Shown here: positions 49,763 to 64,000 of the stretch, piece by piece
How positions within the stretch are numbered: the stretch's first letter is position 1
Layout of the letters: each line of letters starts with the position of its first letter
Assembly: GCA_965112735.1 (NCBI GenBank)
Contig: OZ218964.1
Span: 2,232,001 to 2,296,000, forward strand
DNA from: Phaeosaccion multiseriatum
Taxonomy: Eukaryota > Protista > Ochrophyta, other classes
DNA: 64,000 bases
Reading direction: 5' to 3'
Position numbers and translations under genes: made by a program
Notes under the pieces: model-generated
The model's input: the letters and a program-made list of their open reading frames with translations, nothing else
The model's database searches: none
What the model was told of the DNA's origin: nothing

Positions 49763-52271
49763 GCGCACGAATGCTTCCACCTACTGTGGTCTAATCCACA
49801 ACTCCAGACACCCCTTAGACACTCCTCAGACACCACTCAGACAACCCTCGGGCCAAGTCACTCCCTCCTCGCTCTCGACCCACCCCTCTGGTTGCAGTTC
49901 CAGTTGGCGTTCCAGTTTGAGTTGCAGTTTGCGTTCCGCCCCCCCCCCCCCCCCCTCACCTTGTCAGGCTGCTCGGTCTTGGCGTATACGCTGAAGAGGC
50001 TGGCCATGATCATGCCCGTGGAAGTGTTGTCCGCTTCTTCCTGCATTTGCACCGGCAAGACCCGTCCTTGCTTCTGTGGCGGCATGGGTCGGCTGGTGCT
50101 CTCCTGTAGCTGCGGGGCCCAGTGCGCTCCCTGATCAATGAAAAGAAGCCTCGACGCCGAAGCCGACAAGCCCTCCTCGCTCTCTTCGGCCTGAGCAGCA
50201 GCGCCAGGCGTCACTGCAGTTGGTGGTACAGTTGGTGGTACAGCAGCAGCACCAGAGCCCTCCTCCATTTGTAAGCGCTGTGCCCACTTGCCCGCCTCCC
50301 ACAACCCCTCCATCTCCCGCACTAGGCTCAGGGCCTCGGCCGACGAGCGCTCCTCCCACAAGCTCTGCACCGCGCAGCAGAATCTGAGAGAAACAAGGCA
50401 GTTTGTGTGCAGGTGTGTGGGCGCACTTTATCCACACTACTGTACTTCAGCAGTCTCAGTTTTGCAGGCCCCCAACAAACCCCAACAAGCCCATGAATGA
50501 ATGTACCTGACCGGGTCAGGCAGCACGCCCCTCGCTCGTATGTGGTCGAACCAGTGCAGGCTCTTGGTGTGCTGGCCCGTCTTGGACAGGCCTGACACAA
50601 GCGCAAACAAGGCTCTCTGGTGGGGGGGGGGGGATGGCAGCAAGTGGCAGTAGATGGTAGTAGATAGTGGTAGATGGCAGTGGATGGTAGTGGATGGTAG
50701 TAGATGGCAGTGGATGGTAGTAGATGGTAGTAGGTGGTAGTAGATGGTAGTGGATGGTAGTTGATGGTAGTAGAGGGTAGTAGATGGAGGAGAAGGCAGT
50801 AGACGGCAGTAGACGGCAGTAGACGGCAGTAGATGGTAGTGGATGGTAGTAGATGGTAGTGGATGGTAGTGGATGGTAGTAGATGGTAGTAGATGGTAGT
50901 AGACGGCAGTAGACGGCAATAGATGGTAGTAGACGGTAGTAGATGGCAGTAGATGGCAGTAGATGGCAGTAGATGGTAGTAGATGGTAGTAGATGGCAGA
51001 TACATGGCAGGTACATGGCAGCAGCAAGGGGCGAGGGCGAGGGGTGGGGGAGAGGGCCCGGCATGGCGGTGTGTGTCCGGGGCGCGGTGTGTGAGCGTCC
51101 GTCGGCCTTTGGCTCGCCGGCTGACTCAGAGGGGCATTCACTGTGTCTTACGCTGACTCAGAGGGGCATTCACTGTGTCATACGCTGACTCAGAGGGGCA
51201 TTCACTGTATCATACGCTGACTCAGAGGGGCATTCACTGTGTCATACGCTGACTCAGAGGGGCATTCACTGTGTCATACGCTGACTCAGAGGGGCATTCA
51301 CTGTGTCATACGCTGACTCAGAGGGGCATTCACTGTATCATACGCTGACTCAGAGGGGCATTCACTGTGTCATACGCTGACTCAGAGGGGCATTCACTGT
51401 GTCAGGGGCATTCACTGTGTCATACGCTGACTCAGAGGGGCATTCACTGTGTCATACGCTGACTCAGAGGGGCATTCACTGTGTCATACGCTGACTCAGA
51501 GGGGCATTCACTGTGTCAGGGGCATTCACTGTGTCATACGCTGTCATGCGGAGTCACACGGGCCGGCAGGCACACGAGCAGGCACCCAGGCATAGTGGGC
51601 GTACGGGGCAGGCAGCGGGTAGACAGGGCGGTATACATCCGCCTCCACCGTACCTCCTCCCCCTCCTCCACCACCACCACCTCCTCCTCCTCCTGCTCTC
51701 CTCCTCCCCCCCTCTCTCCTCCACCTCCTCCTCCTCCACCTCCTCCTCCTCCACCTCCTCCTCCACCACCACCTCCTCCTCCTCCACCACCACCACCACC
51801 ATCACCACCTCCTCCTCCTCCTCCTCCTCCTCCTCCTCCTCCTCCTCCTCCTCCTCCTCCTCCTCCTCCTCCTCCTGCTCTCCTCCTCCTCCTGCTCTCC
51901 TCCCCTGCCCCCATCTCCTACCTTGTGTCCCTCGTTGATGCCCGAGTCACCCTCTTTGTCCTCCTTCTCTTGCACGATGCCCTCGGCTTGTTCGAAGGCC
52001 CCTGCAGAGCAACACGCCACGACGGCCACTTCGTACGTAATCTCGTTGGGGGCCACCCCCTGACACCAGGCACCAGAGGAAGGCACCAGGACAGGCATCA
52101 GAGACAGGTACCAGAGGAAGGCACCAGAGGGAGTGGGACGGACCAGAAATTGGTGTCAGGCGCCAGTGAGTGAAACGGACCGGTGGTGTCCAGCAGGAAA
52201 GTCGTTACGGGGGGAGGGGCATTGGTGGGAGGGGCATGGATTCAGATGCCCGTCCTCGCCTCTCTCTCTCT

Positions 52272-52306
<35 letters not shown>

Positions 52307-55300
52307 CTCTCTCTCTCTCAGTCCTTCTCCGCAGACAAGGGTTTGTATCGCTGCGCTGCTCACACACACGCCGCGTATAACACTCGGCACAGTTGACAAC
52401 ATCCATATCACTTCTTCCCCTCCTTGATAAGCAAGAGCCAGGCAGACAGGCAGGCAGACAGCAGGCTGGCAAGTAAGCCAATCACCCAGGAATCAACTAA
52501 TGACACACGCCAGACAGACGACACTGACGGAAAACTCAAGCTTCTCACCTTCTCCTCCATCTCCCTCAGCACCTCCACCACCTTGTCCGCCCTCCCCACA
52601 CGCCCCCACGCTTCAATGAGGGCCGTGTAGGTGAGCACATTTGGCTTACACCTGCCTCCTCTCCACATGTCCGCCACCACCTCCGCTGCTTCAGGGGCCA
52701 GCCCTGCCTTGGAGAAGGCGTCGGCCGCTGCGGTGTGTAGGTACACCTCACTGCCCCAAGACACTTTGTCGAGCAGACCCGAGGCCTTCATGTCGCGTAC
52801 AAGCTTCACTGTCTTGGTGGTTTGGCCTGTGGGCAGGGGAGGGGAGGGGGGAAGGGTGGGGGGGGGGGGGCAGGACAGTGGCCAGACCAGAGAGGTGAGA
52901 GAGACGAAGGGATCAGAAGGAGAGGAGCAGTTGGGGAGAGCGGAAGTAAGACGACAGATAAGATGACAGAAAGACTACAGTAAAGAGACAGTAAGAGGAG
53001 AGGTTCATGGACAAGGGCAAAGGAGGCACAAGCGCAAGAGGAGAGAAGGTGGGCAGTTGGTGGTACAGCAGCGCCTCAGTAGCGCCTCGGCAAGGTGTTC
53101 GGTTTGCAGACTTGTACAGTGGAGCATGAGTGGAGCAGCCCGGCCCGTCTTAAGACGAACACCTACTCGACCTCTTGCTCCCTCCCTCCCTCCCTCCCTG
53201 CCTGCCTCACTCCCTCCCTCCCTCCCTCCCTCCATCCCTCCCTCCCTCCCTGCCTGCCTGCCTGCCTGCCTCCCTCCCTCTCTCCCTGCCTCCCTCCCTC
53301 CCTGCCTCCCTGCCTGCCTGCCTCCCTGCCTCCCTGCCTCCCTGCCTCCCTCCCTCCCTCCCACCCTCTCACCCATCTTGGCGCACACGGTAATCGCTGC
53401 GCTGAAGGCCGCCACCAAGTCCTCAGTGTCCTTCTCCTTGCGCCTCTCGGCGGTTTCATCTCCCCTATCCAATGGCAGGCTCCTCCTGCTCTCCTCCTGG
53501 CAGGCGCGCAAGTCCTCCAGCAGCCCCACTGCCTTATTCGGCAAGCCCATATGCCCGTAAGCTGAGATGGCCAGGGTATATACATATGCGTCTCCCCTCA
53601 CTCCTTCCTCCCTCATGAGGTGGAAGATCCCGATGGCCTCTTTGTGGCGCCCGTTCTTGGCCAGCGCCGACATAAGGGAGGAGTACGTGATGGCGGTGGG
53701 CCTCACGTTGGCAGCCCGCATCTGTGAGGCCCATGCACGCACGCACGCACGCCCACGCGCACACACATGCACGCACACACACACACACATATTGGAGGAC
53801 GGGAGGCAAAATGTCAGTGGCACAGACACACGCTGCGAAGCGAAGGACAACACGAGTGAGCCAAGCTAAGCTAAGCCCCACTGCCCTTTGCGCCAAGCTA
53901 CGGACAGGGAAAGCGCACACCGCCGCAAACGGTGGGAGGGGGTGGGAGCTCACTCACTCACTCACTGACTCACTCACTCATTCACTCACCCACTCACTCA
54001 TTCACTCACCCACTCACTCACTCACTCACTCACTCACTCACTCACTCACTGACTCACTGACTCACTCACTCACTCACTCACTCACCCACTCACTCACTCA
54101 CTCACTCATTCATTCACTCACTCCACTCACTCACTCACTCACTCACTCACTCACTCACTCACTCACTCACTCACTCATTCACTCACTCACTCACTCACTC
54201 ACTCACTCATTCACTCATTCACTCACTCACTCATTCACTCACTCACTCATTCACTCACTCACTCACTCACTCACTCACTCACTCACTCACACACACACTC
54301 ACTCACTCACTCACTCACTCACTCACTCACTCACCCACTCACTCACTCACTCACTCACTCACTCACTCACTCACTCACTCACTCACGCATTCACTCACTC
54401 CACTCACTCACTCACTCACTCACTCACTCACTCACTTACTTACTCACTCACTCACTCACTCACTCACTCACTCACACACACACTCACTCACTCACTCACT
54501 CACTCATTCACTCACTCCACTCACTCACTCACTCACTCATACACACACACACACACACTCACTCACAGCCGCCCTCTCCCACCCTCCCCCTTCTGCCTCC
54601 TGCTCGGATGGGAAGGGGACACCTTACTCACTTACAAACCTCCTCAAGGAGCACTGCCAGGGCCTTGTCGGGCTCTCTCTCTCTTAGTGACTTACTAATC
54701 CCCCCATCTCTCTCTCTTAGTGACTTACTACTCCCCCCTTATATGTCTGTCGCTCTTCCCCATTGACTCACTAACCTCGTCCAGCAGGGCCAGCGCCTCG
54801 TCCGGCTGTCCACACTTCCCGAAGGTTTTCATGAGCGCCGAGTACGTCCTCACGTCGGGCCGCAAGCCTGCAGGGGATGGGGGGAGGAGGGAGGAGGGGA
54901 TGGGGGGAGGAGGGAGGAGGGGTGAAGGGGTGTCTTCTCTCATGTCCCCAGGCGACATTCGACATTCGACATTCGACATTCGACATTCGACATTCGACTT
55001 TCGACTTTCTCGACAGTCGACGACTGCGTCGGAGCAGGCGAAAGCCAGAACCAGACACATACTCCGTTCCCCTTCCCGTTCGCCCCGCCCGCCCCCTTCC
55101 CTCCCTGCCTCCCGTACCGTCGCTCTTTAGCTCCTCGAACAGTGCCGATGCCCTCTCTGCGCTGTCTTTTCCCCCTGCGGCTTGCATGGCCGCAGTATAG
55201 TGGATGACCGAAGGCCTTAGGCCCATCTGCTTCATCTCCTCCAGCAAGTCCCCCGCCCGCCTGTGCTGCTGCTGCTCCTGCTGCTCCTCGGGGCCCCTGG

Positions 55301-55486
55301 CCTTGGCGCAAGCGGAAATGGCCCCTCCGTAAGAGTACGTATCAGGCGTGAGCCCCACCTGGATGGGACGGAATGGGCCCGCAGACGGCAGCAGATGGTA
55401 GGAACATGGCAGCAGAGGGCCGACGATGGCAGCAAATGGCAGTAGATGGCCAAAGATGGCAGCAGAGAGTCCGAAGAGAGACAACA

Positions 55487-55531
<45 letters not shown>

Positions 55532-57816
55532 AGAGAGAGCGATTAAACCTATTGGTCCATCGCAAGACTTACCCTTGTTTTCAGTTCCTCCAACTCTAGT
55601 GCCCTCCTCCTCCTCCTCCTCCTCCTCTGCCCCCCCCCCCCCCTTACCTCCTGTATCTCTCTAAGGTAGTGCAGGGCCTTGTCAGCGTGGCCGGTCTTGG
55701 CGCAAGCGGCGATGACGCAATTATACGTCACAAGGTTGCACAGCATGTCCCCCTGGGCACCGCCTCTGCCCCCCTGGGCTCCGCCGCTGTCGCCCTGGGC
55801 CCCGCTTCTGCCCGCTCCGGCTGCCTTCATCTCTTCAAACAGCTCCAGCGCCTGTTCCAGCTGGGCAGGCAGGCAGTGGTGAGGTGAAGTGGGGGAGTGA
55901 GTGAGTGGGTGGATGGCAGTGGGAGGGTGGATGGGTGGGAGAGAAAAGTTCGCGTCGTTAGGCTCAGGCTCGATGCATTGTATAGTGCTGTACGCACAGA
56001 GACACACGTGCTCACTCACTCACTCACTCACTCACTCACTCACTCAACTCACTCAACTCACTCACTCACTCACTCACTCACCCACTCGCTGACTCACTCA
56101 CTTACTCACTCACTCACTCACTCACTCACTCTCACACTCACTCACTCACTCACTCATTCATTCATTCACTCACTCAGTCGCAGACTCACTCAATCGCTCG
56201 CTCCCTCCCTCTCCAACTCCCTCCCTCCCTCCCTCCCTCCCTCGGTCCGTCCCTCCCTCCCTCCGTCCCTCCCTCACCATTCCAGCCTTGCCATAGGCAT
56301 TTAGGGCGCAGGTGTAAGAGATAGAGGTGGGCTCTAGTGCCCCCCCCTTTTCTCGCATGGTCTGAAGCAGCTCCCCCATCTCCTTCAACCTTCCGCTCCT
56401 ACCGCATGCGTCCATAGCAGCGGTGTAGGCCCACACGTTGGAGCCGCCAGGGATGGCGGTGAGCTCGCGCAGGAGAGAGAGGGAGCGGCGCCACTCACCA
56501 CATCGACCAAAGGCTGCGGGGAGGGCAGGGCAGGGGACAGGAGGGGAGGGGAGGGGAGGGGAGGGGAGGGGAGGGGAGGGGAGGGGAGGGGAGGGGAGGG
56601 GAGGGGAGGGGAGGGGAGGGGAGGGCAGGGGAGGGGAGGGGAGGGCAGGGCAGGGGAGGGGAGGGGAGGGCAGGGGAGGGGAGGGGACAGGAGGGGAGAA
56701 TGGGGGGGGAGGGGAGGGGAGGGCAGGGGAGGGGAGGGGAGGGCAGGGGAGAATGGGGGGGGAGGGCAGGGGAGAATGGGGGGGGGGGGCAGGGGAGGGG
56801 AGGGCAGGGGAGAATGGGGGGGAGGGGAGGGGAGGGGAGATGTGAGGGAGAGACAGAAAGAGAGGACGAGATGGAGAGAGAGGCATGCATGATAATAGAG
56901 CGAGCATGAGAAGGAGAGATTGAAACGTCTCAGGGGACCACACAGGAGTGCATGCACGGGGCTGCTTGCCGGAAGCAGGTACTGTGAGGTGAGGAAGCCC
57001 CAGTGCTATTTGCAGTGCTATTCGCAGTGCTATTCAGTGGATAGGTGTCAGTCTAGCAAAAGGCAAAAGACGGATCTCAACAGCAGAGGCAGGATGGGAT
57101 GACTCTCAAAGACGCGCAGTCCCGCGGACGGCAGCAGATGCAGAGAGACACAAACGACAGGCACAGCGCCCGCTTCGCTCACCCGCGATGGCGGCACCGT
57201 ATTCCTTCACGCTGAGTCCCATGCTCCTTGTGCGGCTGTCAAGGAGCGCGGTGAGCTCTCTTCCCTTCATCTGCCGACCGAGGGCCTTGATCTGATCCTT
57301 CAGCGAGGCAAAGACCTCGGCATTGCCCGCGTTGGGCCCACGTTGCCCGGCACGAGCATGGGCGCTACCGCCGCCTCCTCGCTGGTGGCTTTCCCTCTCT
57401 CCAGTCTGATGGTGCCACATGTCCGGCGGTGCCCCCCTGCCTCTACCACGAGAGTCGCCCCTACTACTATTTCTATTGCTGCCAGGGCTACCATGTCTCG
57501 GGTGCGCTCCTGGGTGAGTCCCTGGCCCCTGAAAGCTCCCCGCCTCGCCACCACCCCCTCGACCCTCTGCACGCCGTCGTTGGTATGAAAGGTCTTGGGC
57601 AAGTCTCTTTCTCGCACGGTGAGTGTGGGGCCTCTCATGGGCCTGTGGGGGAGCTGCCCTTCCCTCAAGCTCTGCTCCATCCGCATCAGGCGAGGGCGAA
57701 GAGGCAGTGGACACGCGCGCCATCGCCGCCTCCCATCGTTCATGCAGGGAGCCCCGAAGTCTTCCTCTCCTGCTACGTATGTGTCTACCTCGCCGTTGTC
57801 CTATTCGCAACAGCAT
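47650..57816 (-). CDS. Pentatricopeptide-repeat protein with C-terminal Smr domain (PPR-SMR), probably organellar
   Basis: Many PPR motifs across exons (NVWAYTAAMDACGRSG, NLVTYNCVIAACAKTG, PDVRTYSALMKTFGKCG, PTAITYSSLMSALAKNG, PNVLTYTALIEAWGRVG) and Smr motifs VDFHHLHTSVASAAL...ELVTGWGRHS...NPGRI. Exact exon boundaries are not all resolved. Confidence 0.85.
50634..51019. repeat. 10-bp intronic satellite (AGATGGYAGT)n
   Basis: Tandem array of the same GATGGCAGT motif that is dispersed in many other introns. Confidence 0.9.
51120..51543. repeat. 32-bp intronic minisatellite (CTGACTCAGAGGGGCATTCACTGTGTCATACG), about 13 copies
   Basis: Visible tandem array. Confidence 0.92.
53949..54565. repeat. 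(CTCA)n intronic microsatellite, ~600 bp
   Basis: Visible tract in a PPR-gene intron. Confidence 0.95.
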
Positions 57817-58000
57817 CTTTTGTCTTTTTTTCTTTTTTTGATCCCGAAGGCTGTGTGGACTTGTATCAATTTTGTGGATTGTGGATTTGCCACCATGTCA
57901 ATGAAACGACAAACATATGGGAAACAGGGGAAGAGCCGAACCCGGCGAGACAGGACAAGGTCGACAACGGCGGCTCGATGAGGGCCTTCAACAACGTCGA

Positions 58001-58121
58001 GTCCTGGCCATGTAAGTGGTCCTGCCAGACCAAGCGAGTCCTGGTCCTGGCCATATAAGTGGTCCTGCCAGACCAAGCGAGTCCTGGTCCTGGCCATGTA
58101 AGTGGTCCTGCCAGACCAAGC
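58001..58121. repeat. 43-bp tandem repeat (2.8 copies) upstream of the PPR-SMR gene
   Basis: GTCCTGGCCATRTAAGTGGTCCTGCCAGACCAAGCGAGTCCTG at 58001, 58044 and 58087. Confidence 0.9.
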
Positions 58122-58257
58122 TTGGCGCCCATCTGGCGGTACAGTACAATACTGCACATGGAATGGCAGATGGCACTTGACGGAGCTCTGGGCAGATGGG
58201 CACTACGAGTACATGATCTTAGCAGATGGCACTTGACGGAGCTCTGGGCAGATGGCA

Positions 58258-63951
<5,694 letters not shown>

Positions 63952-64000
63952 CTGGGGGCGAGGAGGGCGGGGGGGGAGGGGAGGGGGAGGGGAGGTGGAG

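Overview
Intron-rich, microsatellite-rich eukaryotic DNA, most likely from an ochrophyte stramenopile (inferred from a brown-alga-type LRR-ROCO gene and the overall gene content). By hand splicing I recover ten protein-coding genes: a MOV10/SDE3-like SF1 RNA helicase (5'-truncated); a 1360-aa LRR-Roc-COR (ROCO) protein; an SBP2 (SECIS-binding) protein carrying three U2AF65-like UHM domains; a TIGR04282/DUF2064 glycosyltransferase head-to-head with SBP2; a GNAT-PhzF fusion; two paralogous secreted Cys-rich proteins; a low-complexity protein; a PPR-SMR protein; and a CYTH-triphosphatase/guanylyltransferase capping enzyme (5'-truncated). The standout is a microsatellite-free island at about 6.7-15.1 kb. 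Its ROCO LRR domain is a tandem array of ~148-bp cassettes, each a 72-bp phase-1/phase-1 exon plus a short, strongly conserved intron. Variation is concentrated at ligand-facing residues, and both exons and introns are mosaic. The gene sits next to a Gypsy/Ginger-like integrase relic and between two copies of a TG-initiated terminal-repeat sequence, one of which forms an 89-bp palindromic element with a 4-bp target-site duplication (TSD). Outside the island, a 16-mer (CYGTAYCACCAACTGC) and two other short motifs recur far above chance, in both coding and non-coding DNA. All gene models are manual and have not been checked against transcripts.
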